From the human T2T-CHM13v2.0 reference genome, Homo sapiens, in assembly GCF_009914755.1 (NCBI RefSeq), contig NC_060930.1: 64,000 bases of DNA; one strand, given 5' to 3'. Of this stretch, positions 37,567 to 52,800 are shown one piece after another. A program made the position numbers and the translations under genes. Positions within the stretch are counted from its first letter, which is position 1; every line of letters begins with the position of its first letter. Below the pieces are notes generated by a model that was given only the letters and a program-made list of their open reading frames with translations, searched no databases and had not been told where the DNA came from.

Positions 37567-39960
37567 ATATTTTTAAGTGGAAAAATCTGAGAAAGAGTGC
37601 CTTAGGCTCACTGAAAGTCCTATCAGAGATGGCTATTATTTTATATATTTGTTAATAATTTTTCTTTTTTTCCAGATTCACGTATTTTAATAAATATGTC
37701 AGAGGCATTGTTTAAGTTAAATATAACTTTTTCTTTTTTACCAATTTGTTGATTCAGTTGCCATTCTGCAAAGATGCTTACAAATTCTAATACGGTAAAT
37801 AAGTGGATATAATTGGAATACTAACTGAAAGTAAAAAGACAGTTGACTGAAGACACTTATTTTACTGAATTTCAAAATCAAGTTATGAATTTCTGTGACT
37901 GCTATATGAAGGGTACTGTGAAGTTTGTAGCATTGTGGAAACAATGGCCATAGAGATTTCAAAGTCCTCTGGCTGTACTGCTTGTTACCTTGTGGAAGAA
38001 AATTCAAAATCTGTGAATTTATTATTTGACTATTTAGACTGTTTTAGTAATTTAACTTCTTCATAGCGAGAAAAAAGTCACAGATAAGTGACTCTTCATT
38101 AGCGTACATTTGTTTCATTAGTGCAAATTTCTTCTAAATTGAGAACATTAAGACTTAAATTTGTAATTGGATTATGGATGCCATTATAATCACAGCTGCT
38201 GCTTTTTATTTTCACATTTTATTTTGATTGTATGCTATTGAGGAAATCCTATTTCTACAGACAACTTCTATTCCTGAGTATAATTTTACTTAAGTAGCTA
38301 TGTGCAAACCAGAGTTTTAAGAATGTTCAGTGTGAAGCTGCAGCCTTCCTAATCAGTGACATGTTTACAAGAAGTTGAGATATGCGGAAAAAGCTGGCAG
38401 CAGAAACTTTATTCCTAGGTCTGCATAAAATCAAAGTGGCCTGGCAGCTTTAAGGGATGTGTTTGCGTTTGATTTTTAACACATTTAAGTGTGTATGCTG
38501 TTTTTCATTACACATTATTATATGTGACAGAGACAGTGTCACAGCTTTGCAAGTATAAAGGATATTTTGAAAGTGAAATGCAAGCCAAACATTTATGGAA
38601 CCCCAGAGCACCTTTGGGAGCCACTAGGATCCTATTGATGTGGCTATGCTAATTTAAGAACATCTGGTTTAGGAGATTATCAGTGCTACACTGATTGTTT
38701 TGCTTTTCTTCATAAATATGTTAAGCCAATGTTTAGGGATCATGGTATTAGAAAAATAGGATTTTAATTTCTATACATTGTTTTATAAGTGGCTTGCTTA
38801 CTAGCAGTCTTTTTTTTATATAAAGATGTTTAAGTTCTAACAGTTGGTGGTCACCTAGATATCAGTGATTTGTTATTTAAACAAAATAAGGCACATGGCT
38901 GAATGTCTCATAGTTCTCTATTCCATTGGCAAATGTTTGAAGCCAAAAGACTTGACTCAATGTAGAAAAATTCCTGCATTTTAGCCTATTTTGAAAACAT
39001 TTGTTAGGTGCTTATAATGTCAAAGTAGTTTTACCCAATAAAGAACCAAAACTTCCGGTAAGTTTAATTGAGGGTTTTCAGAGAAATTCATCTCGTTTAC
39101 CCTCCTCTTCTTTTTTAAAAAATTACTGTTTTGGGTCACCATCCAATTTTTATAGCGGCCAAACCTCCCACAGGCAGCAGCAACAGGCGCTTAAAACTTG
39201 TGAACATTTTAGGTGTTGGTAACAAATACAATTTTCAGGTGCCAGAGGGCACATGTGATCTTTTACACAAAAATGCCTCTGACCCACAATCGGTAGTTCA
39301 TCTTGAATTGTCTCTTCTGTTAGTGATCATGAATAATAGATAAACATTTATTAGGTGAGTGACTGAAGCTAGGGGATGTCCTCTGTGACTGTGAGAGTTT
39401 CTCTCTGAACAAAGTTAGTTGGACCATTCCTGATTGAACTTCTGACCTTGATCTCGTTAACACCTGCTCTAAGGAAAGATTAAAGGGAGGCAGCCTGCCA
39501 GCTGCATCCTTTGCTGTCTGGGCAGACACTACAGAGATGGCCCATATATGGGCCTAGAGATCTGTACATTTTAGAATTTAAAAATGATCAAGGAAATTGT
39601 TTTGTAAATTTTATTTGGGAGCCTTAGATTTAACCTTACCATTGTAGACCAAGAGATTGTTTTGGTGTGCTTTTGTTAAATATGCTAAATATTGTCTCTG
39701 GATACTGAGTTAAAGTATTTTTTTTTGGATGTGTGCTAATTTAATAAAAATACGACTTAATATTTGCCAGGCTTTGGACCATGATGGGATAATCATTAGA
39801 GATATTTGCTGCTTATTTGTATTATGAATGTCTTTTCTAAAAATTTGATTCCTGGGTTACTTTGAGGTGACTGAAGTCATGTAACAGCAGAAGGAGTTAA
39901 GGAAATAGACTAAAATATGACTTGATTTAGAAGGGAATTTCCATTTAAGAAATGAGAAAT

Positions 39961-40102
39961 GGCTGGGCGCAGTGGCTCATGCCTGTAATCCTAGCACTTT
40001 GGGAGGCCAAGGTGGGTGGATTGCTTGAACCCAGAAGTTTGAGACCAGCCTGGGCAACATGGCAAAAACCAGTCTCTATTATTATATTAAAAAAAAAAAA
40101 AA
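39961..40102 (+). mobile_element. FLAM / Alu left monomer
   Basis: TSD AAGAAATGAGAAAT. Confidence 0.9.
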
Positions 40103-41289
40103 GAAATGAGAAATGAATAGATTCCTAAAATATTTTCCAGATCTATTTTAATGCTGATAAGCTTTTGTTTTACAGTATTTTCCTTATGATTAATATTCAT
40201 AAGTATGATTAATGGAGTGAGGGATATTTTGTAAAAACCCATCAAAAATTTAAGTACTTTGATTTAGCATGGGTAGTTTTAATCTCAAAATTGTTATTTT
40301 CGGTGTGCTTATGTTAAACACATTAAATATTGTAAATATTGCCCTTTTTAGGAAATTAAAATTTGGTAGGGTATTTACTAGTTGGCTTTTCTCTATTTTT
40401 TTTCAGGTTACTTTATTTTTCTTCTTGCAGTCATGGTTTTTAATCATTTGAATAGTTGAGCTTTATGTCTCATATTCTGTTAATGGAAGTAGCTGCTTCA
40501 GATAGTTTGCTTAGGTATATTGTATTTTGTAATTGTCTATTCAACTGTGTGGGCTGTGGTCACCACTTATTTTGATGATCCACAGTGGGTCAGCCTTTTG
40601 TACTAGGCACCTTCAGATACATTGTCTGCTCAGTCTTGCTGTCAGTACTGTGAAAATAAGCAATGATGTCCTCATGTTTTTCATATGAGGAAAATGGGAC
40701 TCAGAGAAGATACCAAATGTATTTGCCAATTATTATTTACATAACAGCCATTCATTGAACTCCTGCTGAATGCCAGGCTCCATTCCAAGTGCCAGCGTTA
40801 TTGGAATGAAGAAATTATAAGCTCTTGGACCCAAGAAATCACAAACTGATACTGGGGTTCAAACTTACAGCTGCTTGGTTCCAAAATGTCTGTTGTGTTT
40901 TCAGTTTGAAATTGGAGTTTTTATTTGAAAATAGTTTTGACTTTTGTCTTTTGAGGTAACTCTTGCATGTGTAAATCAGATCTCTAATGATTTAGTTTTA
41001 TTTCCATAGGAGGATTTTCACAATCACAATGGAAACACTGTAAAACAATGTAAATAGTTTTAAACTTTTCTATTGTTTTGAGGAGATGGGCATCTCAGAT
41101 AACAAGAATCATTGATTAGAAAATATTGGAACGGTGAATAAAGTTAGCTTCTAGACCTCAGTTACCTTAAGTAGAAGTGGGTATAAGGGAGAGTGATTAA
41201 AAGACCAGAGGTCTTAAGCCAGGAGTATACCAAACTCAAGGGAAACGATTATGGTTTAGATGGAGAAGGTAAAAGGAAATGGATTTGAC

Positions 41290-41720
41290 TTAAATTTAAA
41301 GCACTATTGTGAATGAGGTCACAGGTACTCTATTGGGAGGCATGTAAGTTGGCCTTACCTCTATGGAGGACCATTTGACAATATTAAGATCCTTAAATAT
41401 ATTGGTGTCCTTTGATTCTGTAATTCTGTTTCTTGAAATTTATTTCCTGGAAGAAAATATGAGATGTGCAAAATACATATATTTTTCTTGCAGTATTCCT
41501 TAAATGTCTAGAGATAGGAAATTGGTTAAGTTATGGTATACACAAATGATAGATATGCTGTATACAAATATTTAAATATTAAGTAAAAAGGCAGGATATA
41601 AAACTATGCATGGTGTAACCCCAATTTAATTTATGTACATCAGAAAATCAAAGGAAATATATCTCAAAATGTTAATGATAGTTATAATGGGTGGTATAAT
41701 TATGGGTAATTTTGGTTTTC
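41290..41720 (+). mobile_element. Old L1 (L1ME-like) 3' UTR fragment
   Basis: Degenerate L1 3' UTR motifs. Confidence 0.5.
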
Positions 41721-41842
41721 TTATGTACTGTTGTCTGGGTAAGATCTGAAAGTGATTCTATTTCCTTTGGAACAATTTTCAAGGACTTGAAACCTATTCT
41801 TGAATTCCAAGTATGTGTCCCACCACCTCCTTTTCAGGTTCA

Positions 41843-42079
<237 letters not shown>

Positions 42080-42902
42080 TTAGAAGATCTTTTTCATGAT
42101 AATGTTTTGAGTGTTAACATATCTTACTTCTAGAGCTTTGTGTTTAAGTTGGCAGTTTAGAACAGTGTGCTAGTGAGGCCACAGTCTTGCTTCATAACCA
42201 GATACTCTCAAATATGGCTGGGCGTATTACAAATGAATTATATATTTCTTATTTGCCTTGTCAATGCCTAACTTTGTAGAAATGAATGGCCTGGGTTTTA
42301 AGGAAAATAGATGGGAGGTAGGGGTTGGAGGGTGCTGTATGTGGATAAATCAGTATAAATTCCTGATCAGAAAAACTGCTCAAAGACCATGGGTTATTGA
42401 GTATTAAGTAGCTCTTTGCTTTATCCCTGTGTAAAAATAGACTTTTTTTTTCATTTTTAAATTGTCTGATTTAAATACCCTATACATTAAGACTTTGTGA
42501 GAATAATACCAAGAATATACTGAGAATATTTTGAGACTTTAAAAATGTCAGTTTTGAAGCATATACAGTTAATATGGAAATTTTTCGTGGAATACATTTT
42601 TAAAAAACACAATATTACGGTAACAACCATGGACGTGTGACCTTTTTCACCTGTTGGATTAATTCATTAGACCATTAGTACATACGTAAGGCAAGGACCC
42701 TAAATCTTTTTGCCTTCTGATAAACTACTGACTACATATGAATAAATTCTAAAGAGATGAAGATTTTTAATGGTAAAGTGGGTTAATATGAGAATTGATG
42801 TTAACAAGTAGAAAACAAAAGCATAATTTGGGTAGAAAATTAGTTGGAGTTATTAAGTATATGATGTGATGTTATGGAACTGAGGTAGCTGGTTTTGAAT
42901 TA

Positions 42903-43557
<655 letters not shown>

Positions 43558-43598
43558 TTAATATTTATTTACTTTTTAATTTTTATATTTTCTTACAG

Positions 43599-43657
43599 GT
43601 GATTGGTCTGTTGGACGTTTTTACACCTGCAAGGTCTCTGGAGGAATTCAATGATGT
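43599..43657 (+). CDS. MAPK14: MAPK14 exon 3
   Basis: tcttacag| VIGLLDVFTPARSLEEFND(V) |gtgagt; 59 nt. Confidence 0.98.
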
Positions 43658-43967
43658 GTGAGTAAATTTTTTGCATTTGCCTTCCTGGTCTACAGAATGA
43701 AGACTAATAGCCCATTTCTATTCCTGAACCATTTAGCAACATATAGACTTCAAAAAATTCTTTATTCCTATCATGCACCTCTTTTTGGGTGTAGGGATGG
43801 ATACCAGAAGATGTATGTTATGGGTGGTGCGTGTTAGTATTTACATCATTTCAGGCACATTGTACCCCATTGAAGAGTCAGTCTTGAATTCTTACAAAAG
43901 TTCCATGGAGAAAGGAGTGGAGAGAGTTTTGACTATGGATTTTCTTTTCAAAGTGTTTATCCCAGGT

Positions 43968-44127
43968 TTGGTTTTGTTGTTGTTGTTGTTGTTGTTGTTT
44001 TTGTTTTAAAAGACACGGGGTCTTGTGATATTGCCCAGGCTGGACTCAAGCTCCTGGGCTGTAGTGATCCTCCCACCTCAGCCTCCTGAGGAGCTGGAAC
44101 TACAGGCACATGCTACCATGCCTGGCC
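43968..44127 (-). mobile_element. Alu monomer (FLAM/FRAM-like) with (TTG)n tail
   Basis: Antisense Alu monomer. Confidence 0.8.
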
Positions 44128-44329
44128 GATCCCAACTTTTAAAGGTGCTCTTCAAGAAATGTAACGGATCCCCAGCCATATAGACTCCCTCCTCTTTTAT
44201 CGCCCATGCATGTGGGAGATGATACTAGAACTACATGCTGATCCTTGAAGTATTAGATTTCTATACTGGGATAAGGGGCAGACTCTACCTGTTGAGAAAG
44301 GCTTCTTCTCTCAGCTTTGTAACCACCTC

Positions 44330-44645
44330 TGTTGTTTTAGCCTGGGATACCCCTAGAAAGCAGAGCCTGGGATTCTCAGGAACCAGTAGTGGGGGGCTAG
44401 GGAAAATGAAACAGGAAAGGAGAGAAAGCTTCTATGAGTATATGTTGAGTTGGTCACCACTATGGACAATTGGGCTGAAAACTGCCAAGATCTAAGAAGC
44501 TGTACGTAATGCACCTCAGATGGGGATCATTAATACACTGGCTCCTGACCCCATTGGCAAGGGTTGCCACGTATGTCATTAGTGCCTTCACATGCCCAGG
44601 TTGCACATTGGTGGGCCATAAGACAGATTCCAGCAAGTGTTCCCA
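44330..44645. mobile_element. LTR33-like (ERVL) solo-LTR fragment
   Basis: gaaagcagagcctg...ggtcaccactatggacaattgggct...cattggcaagggttgcc. Confidence 0.5.
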
Positions 44646-46287
44646 TGTATGTGTGAACTCTCTACTATAGTAGCTTTTCTAGTATCTGAGTTGACACAGC
44701 TCTCCCTGCCCCCAGTTCACATATACACTATACCATGAAAGAGAAAAAAACCTTAAACACAGTTATACTTTTGGTCACATTGAAATTTTGGCATTCCTAA
44801 ATGGAGAGTGTTACTATTATGAAAGCCAAAACAGAACTGAAGATCGTGACTTCTCTTCCTTAACCTCCATTCCCCCATTGACCCCAGGGCTGAACCTAAC
44901 CAGTTTCTCCTCACCCTTATCCTGGTTTCAGTTTCTCCCATTCTTATCCTGGGCTGATTGCAAACACCGTTTACTCCTTCCCCACAGAACACAAAGGGGA
45001 TATGTTTGAACTTCTATGTTCTGTCTAAGGAAAGGGAGAAAGAAATAAAGAAGATGAAATGGAAAGGGAAGGAGGAAAGGTGGCAAAAACATTTCTCCAC
45101 CATTTGAATTTAGTTGGAACAGTGTATGGCTGAGAGTAGAAGAGTAGAAGTTAAGAGAGGAGAATTTGGTCCACCTACAAGATCTCCTTGGCTACATTAA
45201 CCTTGATCCTGCTAATGAAAGTTTAAGAAACAAAGGAAAAAAATAGCCAATAACTAAGAAAAATTGTTCTTCTCGCAGCCCTGCTTGATACAACAATATG
45301 GAGGCTTCCAGAGATTACTGGATGTTACTCAGGGGCATGTATATTACAGTTTGTTGAGCCCTACTGTATGCTATAGTTGGAAAAGGGAATGTTACAGAAT
45401 GATGGTTTTTAAAAATAGTTTTCCTAAATGTAGAAGAAATGCTGAAGTAATGTGTTTGTGAATTACTTTGGAAAACATTTGAGTTAGATCTGAGCTGTAT
45501 CCCAAAATTTTAGGTATACTAAGGATGGATTTATATAACAAAGGAAATGATTTGCTGACTTGTGCAAAGTGCAAAATGCTGTATTTTGGCCTAATTGGGC
45601 ATTCTGGAACCGGATTAAGAACCTATTTTTCCTATGTGAAAAGACCTTAATTAAGGCCAGTGTCTATTTAGAAGGTTAAGTGTTACTGATAGTGGTGCCT
45701 TTGTTTGGCTCCTTCATCCATGTAAGGACCCAGCAACTACAAATCTACCTTTGAACTAAGGTTTCATTCATTCATTCAACCATTCATTCATTCATTTATT
45801 CAATAAATACTATGGCTGTTGAGCAGGAATCTGTTCTTTCTATTTAACTCTAGCTGGATACTGTTTTTTATAAACAATAACTGAGTTTACCTCTTGGAAG
45901 CAAATCTCATTACTACTTGTTGACTACTTACTGAATGCAGAACACTGAGCAGAGTGTTAGCACAGGCTCAGAATAATCAGAAACAGTCGCCCTTCCTTTT
46001 GATGAAAGTGTCTGGTTGGGGGAAACGAATTCAAAGCACTTTTGTATCCAAGCTACCAATTGGCCATATGACCTTGGACAAGTCACTTTACCACTGTAGG
46101 CCCAGTCATTTCACTGTAAAATGATGAGAATTGAGGTCGTTGACTTCTGAAGTGTTTTAAATTACAGAAAGTCTCTGAAAATAGAATGAACTTGTTTGCC
46201 CTAAGAAAAATATTCCATTGTTTACTTTTTATTGTGATGTTCATATCACTGAAAAAATCACTGTAGTTCGACTATAGTTATTTCAGT

Positions 46288-47281
<994 letters not shown>

Positions 47282-47341
47282 TAATCATGTGATACGTGTA
47301 TTTGTCCCTTTATGTTTCGGTTAGCACTTTTAATTTATATA

Positions 47342-47937
47342 CAGTCATGCATCAGTTAATGACTGGGATGTGTTCTGAGAAATATGTCATTAGGTGATTT
47401 TGTCATTGTGCAGACATCATAGAGTATACTTCCACAAACCTAGATGGTATAATCTACACACCTAATCTATATGGTGTATCTTGTTGCTCCCATACTACAA
47501 ACCTGCATGGCATGTTACTGTACTGGATGCTGTAGGTAACTGTAACGTGATGCTATGTGTTTGTGTATCTAAACATAACTAAACATAGAAAACAACAGTA
47601 AAAATATGGTACTGTAGGCCAGGCTTAGTGGCTTACTCCTATAATCCCAGCACTTTGGGAGGCCGAGGTGGGCAGATCACTTGAGCCCAAGAGCTGGAGA
47701 CCAGCCTGAGCAACATAGGGAAACCCCTTCTCTACAAAAAAATTTAAAAAATTAGCCGAGCATGGTGGTGCATGCCTGTAGTCCCAGCTACTGGGGAGTC
47801 TAAGGTGAGAGGATCATTTGAGCCCAGGGGCAGCGGTTATATTGAACCATGATTGCGCCACTGCATTCCAGCCCAGGTGACAGAGTGATATATGTGGTCC
47901 ACTGTTGACTGAAACATTGTTATGTGGTACATGACTA
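47342..47937. mobile_element. Tigger3a/MER7-like MITE interrupted by a tail-less AluJ (47617-47888 +)
   Basis: TA+cagtcatgcatc ... gtggtacatgact termini. Confidence 0.8.
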
Positions 47938-48375
47938 CTTCAGATTTTTGCTATGTTTTAAATTTTAATTCTTACAAATGAAGACTATACCTTTGAGAAA
48001 GGAACAATAGGTAGTGCATTTTGAACATTAGGAACAATATACAGTTACTGAATCTGGATGGAGATGATTTTTGGAAAATGTAGTGTTAAAAGATGGATAT
48101 ACTAAGTTGCTCTTGACCACCATAGGATGTGGTTGTACAGATGGCAAAATTTTGTAAAGATACAGTACATCTAGATCTCTTAAATGACTGGAAATCCTTT
48201 GGGCCTTTCTGTTGGCTTCTTGATAGTAATGTTTGGCAAGATACTGCATGCATATATATTCCTGTGTATTCAGCAGATATTACCAGTAGAAATGCAAAAA
48301 TCTTAAATAGCCAATATTTGAACCTAACACCAGAGCAAGCTGTAATTCAGTATTACTATAATATTGCCTTTTCTT

Positions 48376-48602
<227 letters not shown>

Positions 48603-49816
48603 TAACTGTAGTGGTTCTTTGCGCAAGCATAGTAGACAAGAATTTTTTGATTCCTCCTGGGAACTATTTCCTCAAATTTCATGGAAACTGAATTGTCATG
48701 AGTTAAGTGGAAATTAGTCTTCTGATACTTTTTCCTTTATTTTACAAGTTCCCATCCCAGGTTTCTTATACTGAATTCCTTATCTCTGCCTCATTCTTGA
48801 AGAGGGAAATGGAAGTGGGGTTTTGGATTCTACCATGATAGAAGGGAAGACCTACAACAAGGCTATTCAGCAGCCTTTGTTTTAGTGAAAGCCAATGAGA
48901 AGAGATCACTTCTTCCACTTACTAACAATGATTGCTCAACTAATAAGTTTAGCTTTTTTATTTCAATGTAAAAGTTGCTGAAAACACTGAATTGGTAAAG
49001 GAAATTTCTGGATTTACATTTTAACCTGATGTTGTTCAATAAATATTTGAATATCTACCTTATGCTAGGCACAGTAATAGTCTCTGAGGAATATAACAGT
49101 AAATAAGAGCTGAGGCTGTTAATGGGAGAGAAGAACAATGTAAATGATCAAACAAAATACCATGTGGTAAGACCTGAAAGGTCCTACATGAGTTGGTCTC
49201 CGGTGTACTCTCTAATCTAACCTCACCTAGTCCTCTTTCCACTCTGTCTCCACCCCAGTCACTCTGGCCTCTTGTTCTTTGAGTACAGACAACCACATTT
49301 GCAATAAGACCTTTGCACCAGTTTCTGTTATTGCCCTGGAACTTTTTCCCCACATACCTACATGACTGTCTCCTTTCCTTCAGGACTCTACCCAAGGGTC
49401 TTCTCATCAGAAGCTCTTCTTTTGTTACCATTCTAACTGAAATAGTACCCCTACTGTCACTGTTTACTCCTTACCCTGCTTTGTTCTTAGCAAATTTTGT
49501 TATTGTCTGTCTTCTCCCTTTCTTTGTAAGCTGTGTTCAAGCACGGAGTTTGTTTTCTTCGTTGCTGAATCATTATTGGAGTATATGCACTCCATTGTTT
49601 GTTAAACAGGTGAACACAAGAATTGCCATTATAGGGCAGGTATAGAGTGCTAAAGGACTGCATAGTATGGCCACCTAACCCAGACATGGGGTGTCTTCAG
49701 GAAAGCCTCTGCAAAAAAAATGTATACACAGAGGGCTTAACGGATGAAGGAGAGTTGGAAAGGTGGGGAAAGTACAAGTTCATCCAGGGGCCGAGAGAGG
49801 GAGCTGAGGGCAGAAA

Positions 49817-49818
<2 letters not shown>

Positions 49819-49870
<52 letters not shown>
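49819..49870. repeat. (GT)26 microsatellite
   Basis: Perfect dinucleotide run; Z-DNA-prone and likely polymorphic. Confidence 0.97.
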
Positions 49871-49873
<3 letters not shown>

Positions 49874-51064
49874 GTGGGAATAGAGGTGTATATGGCAAAA
49901 GATGAAGCTGGAATGGGGAGGGACTAGATCTTTGGGGCTTTATAAGCTAAGCCTCATTAAGGTGGTTGCTTTAGAGAAGAGATCAAAGGGTACTGGGAAC
50001 TGGAAATGGGATTGGAAAAAGGATGAAAGGTTTTACTTTTATGTGGGATGACATAGTTACAACTCTCTCCCCCTTCCTCCCCACACAAACACATTCCATA
50101 GTGTGTGATAAAAAGATATCATTTTACCAGAGGCAGTTTTCTCCTGGATCCTTAACACATTAGGAAATATTTTGGATGAGCATACTAGTTGAAAATCTGA
50201 AATGGATATAAGACTTTTCTGGGAACTTAAATTTATGTAATGATGCTTCTCATTGTTAATATCTGACTTTAATTTCTTTTGGTTTGACTTCTTGCCAACA
50301 TTACAACTATGTCCTTTCTTCAAAAAACAGGGTCTTATGCTTATGAGTGAAACTGACAAAACATGTGGGTGAGCAGTTCTATAAAAACTCTTTTTTTTTC
50401 AGTAACATCTTGGAGGGTACAAAGGGCTTTCACATAATCTTATTTGACACAACAATCCTGTGAAACAGATGGTATTATCTCTAATTTTCAGATGAGGGAA
50501 CTGAGGTTGAGAGAGATGAACCTAATTGTATAATATCACATACAAAATTGCATCTCTCCCTGGTCTTTTGGCTCTAAACCTATTTCTCATCACATTTTTC
50601 TGATCTAAGGCTATGATTATTATTTGAAAGTCTGCTACCCCTTCTTATTGAGTAAATATTGTGTTAAGTTCTATGTAAGATGCCAAAACTAAGGGCCTGT
50701 CTCGTTTTCCAATTGCTATGGTCTTATTAAAGAAATGAGGCATTTCTTATTAAGAAATGCTTACCTAAAATAACTGAAGGGCTGAGTCAAATCTGTAATG
50801 TCTAGACAACTTACAGGGTGCTGCATGAAACTCAGAATATTAGAGAAGCTTAGTGGAGAAAAGCCTCTAAAGAAGGTAATAACTGTGTCCGAAGAAACAA
50901 ATAGGGATAGGATGTGGAAGTTGAAATTTATTCCAGACAGAGAATGAAGGAAATATGTAAAGTGTACAGAAAAGAGATTTGTATGGAATGGAGAGTGTTA
51001 AATGAGAATAACTATTGATACTTCTTTTGTACTTGGATAAAAATTGTGCATTGATGAATTCTGG

Positions 51065-51272
51065 GTGTGTGTGTGTGTGTGTATGTGTGTATGTGTGTAT
51101 GTGTAGGGTTATTCCTGATTTAGCTAATAAATGTGATCTTTTTGGAAATAATGGTGAAAGAAATACCTAGCCGAGTTGCTTGGACTTACAGGTTATTTCC
51201 TAATTTAGCTAATAAACATGGTAGTTTTGGAAATAATGCTGAAAGAAATACTAGCCTAGTTGCTTGAAACTA
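51065..51272. repeat. (GT)/(GTAT) run followed by an approximately 84-bp imperfect tandem duplication
   Basis: Copies 51107-51190 and 51191-51272. Confidence 0.88.
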
Positions 51273-52149
51273 GGCTAAGTGCTCAAGATAGTGAACACAG
51301 GAAGAGAAGTGGTCTAGGAAAAAGATTAATGAGTTAACTATTAACATTTATGTTTACAATTTTTTTTTTATCAGAGAGGTCTGCTGAAATGGAGATGGTG
51401 GGTGGCGAAACTCCTTGTAGATGTTTTTACAAACTCACATTTGAAATCTAAATAAGTTACATATCTCTTAAGAAAATATCATTCAGTTTTTGCCTGACAT
51501 GATCAATAAGATGCCACCTTTTTCTCAGATTAGCTAGTTTTAAAAGGTAAAGAAGCTTCAAGGCCTAGCTTAGAGTTTGAGTCCTTCAGCAATCTCTCTC
51601 TAATTCACTTCTTCCTAAGTCTGTGCTGGGACCCTCTCCTGTGTGTTCTCCATCACCGTATGTCCCTTTATTATGATTATATATTCATATATGCCTTCCT
51701 TTCATCTAAAGGCTGTATCTGTCTTTCCCACTGCTGCATCCCCAGGGCCCAGAAATACGTATTTGTTGATGGAGTGATAGAATGAGTGAATAACTTTGTG
51801 CTGTCACTGTTTATAACTGGTTGATGATTTGGTTGTCTGAAAGCATGCTCAGTGCTCTCTCCTTTGACTAGCTTTTTTGTTTTCATCCTGTAATGTAGAC
51901 TGTGTGGTAAAATATTGAGTCTAGTTTCACTGATGCAGGTAATGTAGAGGGCATCTTTTAGTAATCTTTGCTTCAAGTGAGAATAATTTGTTGTGAAATA
52001 AGCCTACTAAGCTGCCTACTTGGCTGCTGAATGATTCTTTTACCCCTAAATTAGAACAGTCTGGTCTGCTTACCAGTAAGATCTTTGGCACATGTATTTC
52101 AATAAAATGAGCCCTTGTCTTATCTTACTAGTAGTGCTGTGTGAGTTGT

Positions 52150-52800
52150 CCTGAGTCATTCAGTGGTAATTGAGTGCCTACTATCTATCAGACACTGTTC
52201 TCGGTACTTTAGATACTACAGGGAACAAAAAATAACCCTGTCCTCCACGAACATTGTACAAGCAGATAACAATAAACAACAGTGAGCATATAAAAAAGGA
52301 AATTACATAGTCTGTTAGCAGACAATAATGCTATAACTAAAAAGAAAAGGTAGAAAGGTAGAACAGGAAAGGGGAATTAGGAGTACAAGGGTGGGGGGAA
52401 GATGAAATTTTAAATGGATAGGCCTTATTGAGATGAATTTTGAGCAAAAGTGTGAAGAAGTAGAGGAATTAGACCTGGGGATATCTAGAGGAAGAGCATT
52501 CCAGGCAGAAGAGGAAGTCAGTGCAAAGGTCCTGAGGCAGACTGCATGATATATTGGAACTGGAGCAAGGAGGCCAGTGTGGAGCTGAGTAAGAGCAAGG
52601 GACAGAGACATAGACTATGAAATCAGAGACATAATTAGGGGCAGTGTACTGGATTAGGTAGGGCTTTATCTGCCATTGAAAGGAATTTTGTGTTTTACTC
52701 TTAGTAAAATAGGGAGCCTTTTGAGGAAAGGAGTGCCCTGATCTGAGTTTTATTTCTAAAGAAACACTCTTCCCCTGTGTTGAGAATAGACTGTAGTAAG
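52150..52800 (-). mobile_element. L2 (L2a-like) 3' fragment
   Basis: ttgagtgcctactat...gaagagcattccaggcagaagaggaagtcagtgcaaaggtcctgaggcag. Confidence 0.8.
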
